Source: a virus
Lineage: Duplodnaviria > Caudoviricetes
IMG/VR virus record: IMGVR_UViG_3300035396_000576
Span: 1-26,425 of that record
Reading direction: 5' to 3' (one strand)
Length of the DNA: 26,425 nt
The notes under the pieces were generated by a model. That model saw only the letters and a program-made list of their open reading frames with translations, had not been told where the DNA came from and did no database searches. Positions 10,878-22,229 of this stretch are shown here, piece after piece. Every line of letters begins with the position of its first letter. Within the stretch, counting starts at the first letter, position 1. A program made the position numbers and the translations under genes.

Positions 10878-12692
10878 TTAGAATGCTTCAATCATAAATT
10901 GTCTCCTGAATTGTCCAACCATTTCGTTGGCAAAGTTCAATGCTGTCTCTCTATCAGTTCCATATAGGTTTCCGATGTTTATGGTCACTCCTTGTTGTCA
11001 TCTCATATCTACAGGGATTCTTCTACCATCTGGCAAAGGTACCACCGCTTCGTTCATGCCACCTTCTCAGATCATAGCCATTGTAGGAGACGTCACCATT
11101 CCACCATTTGCGAATGCTGGCATTTCCAATCTAGGGATAGATACGTTTCAGATGGTTCATACATTGAACCCTGGGATCTTGTTTGCATATCCTATCATTT
11201 TATTTATTCAGCCTATTGTCGTATTTATCAGTCACTCTATCACCGCAATTACCGCATTTACTGGAGCCAATACTATCTTGATTATTCATCAAAACATTTG
11301 CTTGAATCATGCCCGTATTGCAGTGGTTCCTTCTCCATTGATGAAGGCAGTGATCATTTTAGTACCACCGACTATTATATCTTTTATTCACCCAAAAACA
11401 CCTCACACATAGGTTTTTATAAAATTCCATGCAGTGGTGAATAGTCATTTTATGATCTCAAATGAGATTCATAGATATATTTTTATAGCTTCAAAAGTTA
11501 CTTGTAATACTGTCAAAAATCAACTAAAAAATTCTGAATTAGTTATTCATAATGCAGATAGAAATTCGTTCCAAGCCGATTTCAACGCCGTCACCACACT
11601 CATTACGACTTCTTTTATTCCAGTCCAGGCTATTTGTATTCATTGCCAAATCTCTTCTACTATTGGCATTGTAGCATCTCTTATTCACAAGAAGTTTGTT
11701 GCCCATGCAGTGGCCAGGAGAGCCACTCAGGCGATCACCAATCATATAGGAGAAAGCAGTGCGGTCACTCATGCCACTATCGGACCGATTGCAAGTCAGA
11801 CCATTCATAAAACTGTAACCAATCATGCTAGTCATCCAGCCATTAGAAATATATTCTTTGTCATTTCTGGGTTAGCTGCAGTCCAGTCAATGAATTTCTG
11901 TATTATAGGAGTTATCGTCTGCATTAAAGAAGTTAGTATTGGTGTCAAAGATTGTCAGAGACTCTCTGATAGATTCCCCATCTGTACTCTAACTTTAGCC
12001 ATCTGTCAATCAAAACCCTGTAGAGCTACTTCATTTGTATATTTTAAGTTTTGTGCAAAACCTTCGTTTATTGCTTTCACCTTTTCCATTTCTGATCAAA
12101 ATTCTATCATTTTTTGTTGTGCATCAGTGAATCTGATACCACTCTTTTCGAGTATTCAAAATTGTCAGTTCAACGCCTTTGCAATCATATTTGCAGAGTC
12201 AGCCATTTGTTCTCAGCTTGCAGACACTCAAAACTGGTTGACAGAAAGATCCGCAAGACTTCATCATAATGCTTGTACGGCTTTATTACTCAGTCAAAAC
12301 GTAGATAATTGAGCAAGTCACATCTTTATATTGTCTCAGTCTAGGACTCACTTTTTTTCTAGTGTATCCGCTAGATCGGATGTGGCTTTGAGTTGTTCTT
12401 TCGTTGCCTTTGTTACCTTTAGCACTGCATGTTCCAACATTATAGATGATTTCTGTGCATCAGCGTAATCGGCAATTGATTTAATTGCAAAAGCTGATAT
12501 AGCACCAAAAGCTACAATTCAGTAATTTCTCATATTTGTGAATGTCTGTTTATTCCTTTCTCATCGTGCTGTGATCTTATCTCATGAGGATTTGATTGTT
12601 TTTGTAGTATCGTCAACAGATTTCTGTACCCCTTTAAGTACCGATGTGGCATTATCCTCAGCTAGTACCTCGAGCTTCATAATATCTGACAT
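10878..12692 (-). CDS. Tape measure protein (604 aa)
   Basis: Ala/Gly-rich helical protein: IAKALNGQFGILEKSGI, amphipathic repeats, and a C-terminal PAFANGGMVTSPTMAMIGEGGMNEAVVPL. It follows the tail chaperones. Confidence 0.9.
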
Positions 12693-12693
12693 A

Positions 12694-12952
12694 CTATCTC
12701 TTTGTTAAATCGTTAAAAATCTGATCCTTTTGGCTTGCTATTTTATCTTCTTGTTGTCTAATATATTCTTGGTTGCTTTTTTCTGTTAAATATAGCCGAC
12801 AATCATTACGAAAAGGCAGAGTAGTTTTCATCAAATCTTTTTCGGATCGTCAGAAATTTTCACAAAGAACGATATTCATGTATTGATCAAACCATCATAG
12901 TTTTATTTCTTTAGTCTTTCAAGATATTAGTTCGCCTCGGTATTTTTTTTTT
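12694..12952 (-). CDS. Tail assembly chaperone gpT-like extension, reached by -1 frameshift
   Basis: The -1 frame after the A10 run reads KKKYWGELISG...LCENFGWSEKDL...LTKR-TAG and ends 1 nt before the tape measure ATG. Confidence 0.75.
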
Positions 12953-13277
12953 GCTTATCAATCAATGTTTTGAACGATTCACAAGATGTGAAAATATTCT
13001 CTATATCACTGAGTCATATAGGCAATGAATTGAATGTCTCTTCAGTCACTGGGAGGATTTCGCCATCGTCAGAAGTAATGTTCCATGACACTATCAATTT
13101 CAATGCGATATCTACTTCTTTCCTTATCAAGTCATTTCATGATAGATCTGATATTTCTGTTAGTCATAGTTCGAGTTGTTCTTCTACTCTCAAAATGTTT
13201 CTGATTGTTACTTTGATTCATTGTCATAGTTCCACTTCCTTCAAAAAAGACTTATTCAGCTCTGTTAATTTAACCAT
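12927..13277 (-). CDS. Tail assembly chaperone gpG-like (116 aa)
   Basis: MVKLTELNKSF...LIVSWNITSDDGEILPVTEETFNSLP...KQKKNTEAN. The I-x-x-WN...G-x-x-LP motif and the position between tube and tape measure genes support the call. Confidence 0.8.
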
Positions 13278-13302
13278 CTTGCATAGTTATTATGTTATAA
13301 AA

Positions 13303-14769
13303 TTAGGCCGTATAGTATGTTCATGCGTTGTCGTTTACTATCTCTATTTGTGTAGAGTAGTTTGTTGTGAATGAATATTTTGCAATACCAAGTATCTTTT
13401 CCTTTATGACTTCACCTGATTGATCAGTGATTTCATATGTTTGTGATACTACTTCAGGCAATGTTATTCTCATTGAGTAGAATGCGTTGTTCGTATCAGT
13501 TGGAGATACCACTTTTGGTATTTCCAAATCTATAATATATGCGAGTGCTGATGTTTTTCTTTGTGCATCTCTATCTTGATTATTTTCGTAAGCTTTGTTG
13601 ATTTCTACCTTCACATCCAATCAAGTTGGAGTTGCTAGATTCTTCAAGTTCTGTACTGATTCAGCAACCTTCTTGTCGAAAGTCAGATTTATGTTTTCAA
13701 AATCTATAGGATCTGATGCCAATGCCAATGCGATAGTTGTTCATCTTCTTAATGTTACGTTTGAGAAAGAGAAGAAATCTACTGGAGTGATCACGGCTGT
13801 TTGTTGCACCAATTCAACCTTATTCTCATTCGCCACAGTCATTGCGGTGGAGGTAATAGTATCGAATCAGATTACATCATTTGCATCGTCAACATATCTT
13901 ACGGTTACATCTTCAGTTGCTCATAGGTTATTTGATAGTCTTACTATATCAGTAGCAAGTACACCCTTCACAGTCCTTTCTCCAAAAAACATCATAGAAA
14001 TCTGATTGATTGTTCATCCTGTACCTACTCCAGATGAGAGCGTACATGATAGATCAACAGTTGTACCGTTTACTACGGTCACTACTTTCCAGTATCCATT
14101 GTATTCACTTACGCTATTTCATGTCACTTTTACTAGATCGTTCACTGCTAGTCAGTGTGTTGCAGATACTACCCTCAAAAGTCAGTTTGTAGGAGTTGCA
14201 CTCGTTACTGCTTTCGTCACAGCCTCTACCTTCTCATTTGCTATCAAGAAAGCGACATCGAACATTCATTGTCCTTTGACTTCGTTTTCCATCTTTACGA
14301 TAGCGTTTGATTCTATTCAGAGTTTTGTGCTGTTTGGCACTATTCAGTACGTTCTTTGTACTATGATATTTGTCTTATCAGATGATGATTCACATCAACC
14401 TTTTTTGTTCTCCATAGTCACTGATTTGTATCCACATACTTGATCCATCAAGGTATGTTTGTATACTGATCCATCCAATAAAGATGAGATATCAGCAGAC
14501 GTCAAGGATCCTAACAGCATATAAAATCGAGCCAAAGAGTTCTTTGAATCTACTTCAACATTTACTGATCATTCAATCTTGTTTGCTCATTTCGCCATGA
14601 ATACGACGTTATTCAGCGTATTGAAACGACTCTCAGACTGGATGTTCTCAATGTTTTTACTCAATGAGTTCTCCATTTCTGGTATAAATTTATTAGGGAT
14701 TCTTGGAGTACCGTTTGTGTTTTCTAATATCCAGGCGGTATAGACCGCTTTTGAAGAAACTGCTGACAT
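13303..14769 (-). CDS. Major tail (tube) protein with inserted beta domains (488 aa)
   Basis: Joins track fragments 14587-14769 and 13321-13620 in one frame. KIEGSVNVEV...MLLGS...VYKHTL is tube-like. Insert THGLAVNDLVKVTG....YNGYWKV. Confidence 0.75.
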
Positions 14770-14795
14770 GATTGTTTTTTGTAAATAGTTAAAAG

Positions 14796-15017
14796 TTATT
14801 TTTTAGCTCTTTTTACTTTGGTTGGTTCTTCTTCCACAATACTTTTTTCTTCAACCTTGTCAATTGAAATTTCTTCTATTTCAAATTGCCTTGACAACCT
14901 TTGTACCAAGTCTGGTGATATCATTGTCTTTCATTTTGCGGGTATTTTAATACCTAGCTCAGGGAGTGTCTTTTCCCAGTTGTCGTTGTTCACTATGAAG
15001 TACTTTGTTTGTGCCAT
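14796..15017 (-). CDS. Small hypothetical protein (73 aa)
   Basis: ATG 15017 to TAA 14796, fills the gap between the tail completion and tube genes. Confidence 0.6.
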
Positions 15018-15034
15018 TGGTATTTTTATAAAGG

Positions 15035-15553
15035 TTAAAATTGATTTCTTTGTATTTGTTTGTTGAATATCCTGATTATCATGTCCGCTCTGTATCATAC
15101 GAATCATGCTCAGGATAGGTTCTGGTATTGCACGCTATCCATATAGAGATCATTTCACATTGTACATCAGTCAATCACTATACATCAAATATTTTGGAGT
15201 ATTCATGCAATGCTGTATGGGTTATAGAAACAAGTTGTATCTGATTTTCCTTCCATGATCTTTTGTACCTGTTTTTTCACTTTTACTACTCACTGATCCT
15301 CCGCTCAGTAGAATTGCTTTGTTGCAATCACCACACTTATTTTTATTCTCCGAGTACTTTCGTAGTATTGGTTCATTTTAGACAAGGCAGAGTCCATTCC
15401 TTCTATAATTATTGCAGGCAGGTTTTGTTGTACGTAGTTCATCGGATCTCAGTCAAACACAGTTTCTATCAAACTCAAATCAGAGCCTTCAGGTGAGGCT
15501 TGTACTTTTGTTTCAAATAATCATTTCAAATAGGTTGTTAATACTGGTAGCAT
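15035..15553 (-). CDS. Putative tail terminator/completion protein (172 aa)
   Basis: ...VFDGDPMNYVQQNLPAIIIEG... The LPAI motif and synteny in the neck module support the call. Confidence 0.6.
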
Positions 15554-15570
15554 GGTTTTTTTATTTATGG

Positions 15571-16050
15571 TTAAGATTTGCGAGCGTTCCATATACCTAT
15601 TTCGTCATTGAATTGTGTTTGAATAATTCTTACAACCTCAGCTTTGGTTCTAGGGTTGAACTCAAACATTGCTCTATGTTTTGATCCTTTTCCATCCTGG
15701 TGGTATATTGCATACTTGGCGTTCATGACCAACGCACAGCTATATCTATTTTTTATCTTGGTGATGTTATCTTGTAGGTTTCATGTCCAGCGTAGTATTC
15801 CTGGTCTATTTGGTGACTTCTTATAGTATCATGTTCTCCTTGCTCTGGCCTTTGATGTAGATACTGAGAGTGGAGCTCGTTTTGGGTTGATTACCAACTG
15901 TCATCACTCGACTTTCATGTTGTCGTTCTTCATCTCATCTATTTTATCAAGCACTCAATCTCGATAGTTTTCAAAGTTCAATCATTTTTTGATGAAGTCC
16001 TCGAATTGTCTCGAGAGATTTCATCATGATACAAGACTCATTTTTAGCAT
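15571..16050 (-). CDS. Virion morphogenesis / neck protein, Mu gpG-like (159 aa)
   Basis: NPKWAPLSVST (W=CGA), ILRWTGNL (G=TGA) and KYAIYHQDG match the family motifs WAPLS, L-xx-TG-x-L and YA-x-x-HQ-x-G. Confidence 0.85.
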
Positions 16051-16072
16051 CAGAATCTTTTTATTTATAAAA

Positions 16073-16564
16073 CTACCATCTATCACTTGTCCTAAAGTCT
16101 CTAGGTACACAGTTATTATCGAATGAACTTGATATACTTGATGGAGGGGTTTTGTTTGGTGATAATGGTAGGAGATCAAACTCGTCATTGTTTACATCTA
16201 ATAGTCTAGTATTTCACTTTCTCAAATCATCTAGTATTGCCATTTGCTGGTCATACTTTTTTCAGGATCCATTATCCTCTTCTAGTCTTTGTGATCAGTA
16301 TCATTCGTTCATGATATACGATGAAGCCAATAGAATCTGACAACCTCTCAATATTGCGAATGATAGACTCTTCATGAATCTCTCTTCAGTGAAAGACTTC
16401 AGGTCATATCTTCATGCAACATACGTCCAGACGTCTCAGCGAGCTTTCTCCCTATATGTCTCTATGTACTCGTCATCTATATCAGTATTTCAAGTTAGTC
16501 ATGCAGACTTTCTTATTTCTTTTACAGTGGCTAGGTTATCTCATCCTTTGAATGTTTGGCTCAT
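16073..16564 (-). CDS. Head-tail adaptor, Mu gp36-like (163 aa)
   Basis: LATVKEIR...AGRYDL...KKYDQQMAILDDLRKGNTRL, located downstream of the capsid gene. Confidence 0.7.
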
Positions 16565-16582
16565 CTGATTTTCAGAAATAAT

Positions 16583-16620
16583 AAAAAAGACCATATAATT
16601 TAGTTATTATATAGCCTTTT
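16583..16620 (-). terminator. Hairpin with T-tract (terminator), overlapping a promoter-like TTGAAT-N18-TATAAT (16606-16635)
   Basis: Minus strand GGCTATATAAT-AACTAA-ATTATATGGTC-TTTTTT. Confidence 0.5.
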
Positions 16621-16637
16621 ATTTTGGATATTCAAGA

Positions 16638-16958
16638 TTATTTTGGTGCTTTCTTTTTCAAGGCATCAATTTCATCATCTTTAGCTTTCAATTCTTCAGT
16701 TGCATCAGTCAAATCATTTGTAAGCTCTTCAACCTGAGCTTTCAATTGTTTGATCTCAACATTTGCCTTGTCCAATTCAGTTGCAACAGCAACAGGATTG
16801 TTTTCAGCCAATGCTTTTGAAGAAACTAGAAATCAATCAGCCAAGAATCATTCATAACTTTCGTCGTCCACAGATATTTCTGTACCCTTTAGGAGTTCAG
16901 CTCATTTGGACCGAACGTTAGTATTCAAGAACATAGATTTTCTTTCATTTTTAGACAT
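16638..16958 (-). CDS. Hypothetical capsid-adjacent protein with C-terminal coiled coil (106 aa)
   Basis: MSKNERKSMFLNTNVWSKGAELLKGTEISVDD...IKQLKAQVEELTNDL... Confidence 0.65.
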
Positions 16959-16977
16959 CTTACATGTTTTTTATATA

Positions 16978-17012
16978 ATAAAATAGGGTACACCCCAAAG
17001 GATGCACCCCCT
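16978..17012 (-). terminator. Rho-independent terminator after the major capsid gene
   Basis: Minus strand GGGTGCATCC-TTTG-GGGTGTACCC followed by TATTTT. Confidence 0.6.
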
Positions 17013-17018
17013 TAGAAT

Positions 17019-18026
17019 TTAGCTAATTACAGTAGTGATCAATCTAGCACATTTCTGATCGATGATGTGCATATCGTATTCATCCTGTACAATTACCAAT
17101 GAGTCCAATGAGTTTTTCAATTGCTCAGTCAATGGATAAGCGGCAGATAATACTCTTTGTGATCCTCTTCTTGTGAAAGTTTTTCCGAATCATTTTGAGT
17201 AAAGTCCTGGTGCTTCATTGTAACACATGAACACTTTCTTTTCTACCAAGTATGATAGAGTTCCTTCAAGATCACCAGCTCCATCCCATTTCTGAGCTTC
17301 AGATATAGTTATTTGGGTTCAGAGAGCGTTCTTTAGGTTTTCAGTCAATGATGGTATAGTTGGAGTAGTAGTATACTTGAATCTATCAATCACTTTCGTG
17401 TTGTTAGTGATAGCAACCATTACATCCAAAGACAATACTATTTCTGTAGGCCAGCTTCAACATTTGTCTTTCAATAGTTTTGCTTGTGCATACAAAGTTG
17501 ATATTGGATCTGAATTTGATACTCCAGAAGTCATACTATCGAATCTATCAGTTCCTGACAACGCAACATTATTTGTGATAACGTTCGAATCAAAAATTTG
17601 TGATAGACATGCGTATTCTTTTGCCAAATCGTATGAACCTTTCAAGATGAACATTTTGTCTCTTTGTGCATCGATTGGAGCGTCAGCATTTTCGATATCT
17701 GTTTTGTAGATATCAGTATACAATGCATGTTCTTCAAGAACCCGTTCATCATCCAATCTTACTCAAAATTCGATCTTGTTTGCTCAACCTTTCCAACCTT
17801 TTCTTGTTGTATAGATTGCCATTGCTTGCATTCAAAGATTTGCGATTTTACCCTTTGCCTTTTTCACAGCAACGATTGGGAAAATCTTTGTCCATACATA
17901 CTTGCTATCATCATTTTTGTAAGCCAATAACATTGACTGCAAAAGCTCTGGTATGTAGGCATCTTGGAAGTCACCAGCAGTAAATAAGTTCGTTCCCTCA
18001 GGAAGGGAGAATTGTTTTGCTAACAT
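17019..18026 (-). CDS. Major capsid protein, HK97-fold (335 aa)
   Basis: Joins track fragments 17832-18026 and 17457-17756 through six TGA codons. Motifs KIFPIVAV, EEHAL, SDPI and FGKTF, and the position after protease and cement genes. Confidence 0.85.
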
Positions 18027-18067
18027 TATGATTTTTTAATAAAGATATAAAAAAGTTTTCAGGTCGA

Positions 18068-18481
18068 TTATGGAGTTGGTACTAATATAACTGCAGGAAA
18101 TTTTCTGAATTCTACATAATCACCAGCCACTCATGTAGCCAATGCCGTTGCAACTTGGTATGATCCAGCCGCAGTTCATACTATGAACCCGCTTGCTCAA
18201 TCTGTTTTAACATAATCACCCAAAGTCACTCATCCTGTACCTACCAAACCTACAAAGTATTCCGCTTCATTTACACCAAGTGTATATCAAGCATCTTTTT
18301 GCTCGTTTGTGATACCCATAAATTTTGCAGAGTTTGCTCCACACACAACTACAGTGTTTACATCCGCAGTAGATATTTGAACTGGGATTCATTTTGCCAT
18401 TGTAGTTTTTGCGATCCAAGAAGATTCTTGTGTTGGTGTATTGTGAGTTGTTACTCCAAATACGTCTGTACTATTAGTCAT
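18068..18481 (-). CDS. Capsid cement/decoration protein, DUF2190-like (137 aa)
   Basis: Gly/Ala/Thr-rich: GGVTLGDYVKTDGASG...VATALATGVAGDYVE, between the protease and capsid genes. Confidence 0.7.
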
Positions 18482-18510
18482 GATTGCTTTTTAATAATGA
18501 TATAAAAATA

Positions 18511-19623
18511 TTACTTTTTCTTTTCGATCTCGTAGCCATCCTTCAAAGCTTCATACGCTTTGTTGAAGTCTACATTCTTGTCTTTTGCGTAGTCATTACA
18601 GATTTTATTGAAAGCTGATTCACTCACTACTTTCTTTTTTCAATCTGTAGACATTTTTTCTTCTTCCTTGTCCTCCTTTTTAGCAAAATTTTGTGAAATC
18701 TGACCATTAGTCAAAGTATCAACAACTTTTTGGTAGTTAGAGAATAGTTTCTTAACTTCTTCCACTTCTTCATCGTCCAATTTAGAGAAAGCTTTTAGAA
18801 CTTTTTCAGCTCCTACCTTCTCTTCTTCAGCTTCTTGATTGAATGCGTGGATTGTTGAGAACTTTTGTACTATTTCTGAAAATCTCTTTCCAGCTTTAGC
18901 CTGTGCAAGTTCTTCTTTCATAGCTTCTTTTTCAGGATCTGAGTACTTGTTCAAAGTAGCTTCAGTTTCTGCTTGAAGTTCTTTCTTTTCATCTTCAGTG
19001 GCTTCAGAGAAAGTTTTTGTTAGTTCAACTTTTTCATCGAAGCTTAGAGCCTCTTTAGAAGAGAACTTTAATAGTAAATCTTTAAGCATGACGGTTTCAT
19101 TTTTAGTAGATAAAATTGTATTTGTTTTTGTCTCTTCGGAAGGGTCGCTTGCAACGATTTTGTCCATACCATTGAAGTACGGGTAGTTCGTTAAGGCACC
19201 GCCTACTAGGACGTTTTCAAATCGTTTCATAGTATCAGGATCCTGATACTTATCAGATAGCTCTGCGGAGAAATATTTGTAATGTTTCCCGTTCAAGTTA
19301 TCAGCACCGTTCTTTGTAAGTTCTATGTCAGCCCAGAGTTCGTCTCATTTAGAGTACACTTTTTTGATCCATGCTTGAGCAGCAGTTCTATCGTGTTCAA
19401 GATTGATTGGGATCTCGTCTTTCCTTACGTTGTTTTCAAAATTCCTTATAACATTATTGAAGTATTTCTCATCTATCAATATTTTACCATAGAATGGATG
19501 AGTCCTATTGGCATACTTCAAAATCTGAATAGGGATAATGTCCCCTTGCTTTAGATCTTGTTGCAATGCGAAGATTTTTATTTCAAAATGTTTAACGTTT
19601 TTTGATACTACTTTTTCTGGCAT
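18511..19623 (-). CDS. Prohead protease/scaffold, Mu gpI-like (370 aa)
   Basis: IPINLEHD..AQAWI...LWADIELTKNG...YKYFSAEL...LVGGALTNYPYFNGM followed by an acidic helical scaffold. Joins two track fragments. Confidence 0.88.
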
Positions 19624-19672
19624 TTTTTGTTTGAGAGATGTAAAACATATTCTATATAGTATATTTTGGCAA

Positions 19673-22225
19673 TTATTCAATAGATTTTTTCAATCTATCT
19701 ATTATTTCCTGGTTTTTTTCTTTCCTTTTTCAGTTCAGACTTTCATTCTTTTGCATTCTCCAGTCTATCTCTTTTGTGATCTGTGCTACTGCTGGTGAGT
19801 CTTTTGATAATACTGGAACCTTCAATTCTTCCTTGCTTGTGATCGTATCCTTCACTGGTATGCTAGAAGATACTTCAGTATAATCAGGCTTGTATTCTTC
19901 ATCGTCGTTTATGAACACCCGCATTGATCTACAATGTATATGTTGAGGCGGTGAGTAGTTCTTGTAATCGTCAGAGTCCACCTTCACCACGGTACCATCT
20001 AGGGAAAGACATCTATTTGAAGTCCTTCAGTCTATGATTGCGGAGTACTGAGCACCATATATCTTGCTTGCGTTTGTATACGCTACTGATTTCCTTCAAG
20101 AGTTGAACGCTTGATTGATTCAGATTGTAGATACTATTCAGAATGCTTGATCAAGGTATGGTTTCACTGCTTTCTTCACAGACACCACAACGCCTGAGGA
20201 TGGTGTGTTCTTCAATCAGTCGTTCTTTGTGATTGCTGTCGCTATTATAGCTTTTGTATCAGTAGTCACCTTGCTTATTATTCATTCAGAAACGTTGTCA
20301 GCTTGTATCTTGATCACGTCTTTCAGATCTTTTTTGCTTTCTGGGATCTGTACCCCTATTTCTCTACTCGCTTCATTCTTTCAGTAGTCAAAGTTCTTCT
20401 TGTATGCTAGTGTCACCATAGAAGATATCTCAGCACCGTATTTTGCGGTCAACGCAGATATTGCGGTCATATCGTTTTTTTCTATAAGGGTCTGGACTTG
20501 TGCAAGTAGCTTATTTGTCATTTCATCAGTCACCTCTGAGTATTGTTTTCTAAGTGAGTCAGTCTCTTCGTTCAAATTATCTTTGATTGATTTGATTGCT
20601 ACCCTTCTTTCAGCGAATGTCAGCGGTCTCCAGAATCCATCTTGTATAGGATCAGAGAAGTTTCTTTTTCAAACATCGTCTGATTCTTCTAGTCAGTCAA
20701 TTTGGTGTTGTATGATCGATTCATGGTCAAAGTCTATTCAAGAGAAGTTTATATTTTCACATCCGCAATCTGTATGTTTTTTTGCTTGCTCTTTTGCTAG
20801 TTTATCAGCCTCTTTTTTGGCTTGTCTTTCAGCTTTAGCAGTCTCTACTTCATCTTCTTCTACTGCTGGAGCCATATCTGGACTAGCTTGTTGCTTGGAT
20901 TCGTTGTATTGCTCTTCGGATATCATAGGTAAATGCAATAACTCTCTTACATATCTTTCAGTGTCGTAGTTTGCAGTAATTATTCCACCGCCTACCAACG
21001 CAGACATAGTAGAAGAGAATTCTGATGGATCCACCAATCAGATTTGTCCGAACTTCACCTTTGGCATTCTCTTTGTTTCTCAGAAATTCAACGCCACTAT
21101 TTTTGGGATGAGATATTTGTTGATTACCTCCATGTCTTTTTCTAGCAATCACTTTACGGCTTCAAAGAAAAAAGCCGTAGACTGTCAAGCCATACCGTAT
21201 GATCCTTTCTTGGACTTTCATAGATACAAGAATTGTTGGAAGAATATATCGTTGATATTTTGTGCATAGTGCTGGATAGCATCCTGGAGCTTGTTTGCGT
21301 TATCACCAATATTGGTGTTCATCCAATCATAGCCTACCAATGAAGCTCAGGTCGCAGGATCTATTTGTTCTACAACGTATCAGCTTTCTAGACTTCTCAT
21401 GTTCTCAGCTATGCTCTTGTATTTCTCTATTTCATCATCAGTCGTTCATTGTGGGACTTTCACTTTCAATGGTGGTATTGCCAACCTTTCTTGCAATACT
21501 GCATGATAGTTTTCAAATTTATCTTTGAAAAATCGGTCTTTCGCTATCTTACGATATAGTGATCGACCTTCGTAGTTTATTCATTCAGAGTTGATATTGA
21601 AAAGTATCAATTTATTTGATGGTATATCTATAGTGTTCTTTCCTTCGTTCGCTTCAGGATCGTCAGTTTCCTGAGTAGCTTTCGTGTAGTACGCTATTTG
21701 TTGTATTCATGGTTCTCATGTAGAAGTCAACCATTTGAAAACAGTGTCGGCGTAGATTCTTGTCAACTGTGGATAGAATCAGTCATCTTTCCTTTCAAAA
21801 TATAGTTCGAATAGACTGAATCAGTCCCTTATGTATAAGTTTATATCTTCAATCAGACCCTTGAATCATCTATCGAGATTATCGAACAACGCTTTTTCGC
21901 AGAACTTCGCTATTGCCACATCTTTTGCGTTTGGTTCCATGCCTTCATCAGTGTATGGATCAATGAAAAAGTTTGTAGATGTTTTCATGAGGGTTATTGC
22001 GTTTCTCATTTGGAACACCTGGCCATCGTTGTCCATTCTCATAAACAGCTGATACTTCTCGTATTTGTTCTTGAATCTGTTTGAGTATTCTTCAAACAAA
22101 AATCCTACATTCTGTTTGGTTCAGTATGTAGACTCACGCACAAAAAGAACTTTAGTTTTTTCCAGCTCTTCTTTGTTGATTGAAAACCTCTGGAGAATAG
22201 TTTTGATTGTTTGTGAGATATTCAT
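19673..22225 (-). CDS. Portal protein (Mu gp29/DUF935-like) fused to a MuF/SPP1 gp7-like head morphogenesis domain (850 aa)
   Basis: One 2553-nt frame joins four track fragments. Portal motifs GFSLFE, NYEGWSLYRKIAKDWFFK and GSYGMA. MuF motif YSAIIDGRTSNRCLSLDG...PPQHIHCRSMWV. Confidence 0.85.
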
Positions 22226-22229
22226 TTTG

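Noticed and set aside
10927-12312. Long plus-strand ORFs (161, 150 and 292 aa) and the many other plus-strand ORFs in the track
   Set aside because: They are antisense shadows of the minus-strand genes (here the tape measure gene) and have no recognisable motifs.
19624-19680. Upstream extension of the protease ORF (MNNCQNILY...)
   Set aside because: It overlaps the portal stop and AT-rich intergenic DNA. The ATG at 19623 with an A-rich leader is more plausible.
20958-21152. 64-aa minus-strand ORF, and likewise 11539-11835
   Set aside because: These are alternative-frame ORFs inside the portal and tape measure genes.
15571-22225. Transposable Mu-like phage
   Set aside because: Only the head and neck proteins resemble Mu families. 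No transposase or contractile sheath gene is seen in the window.
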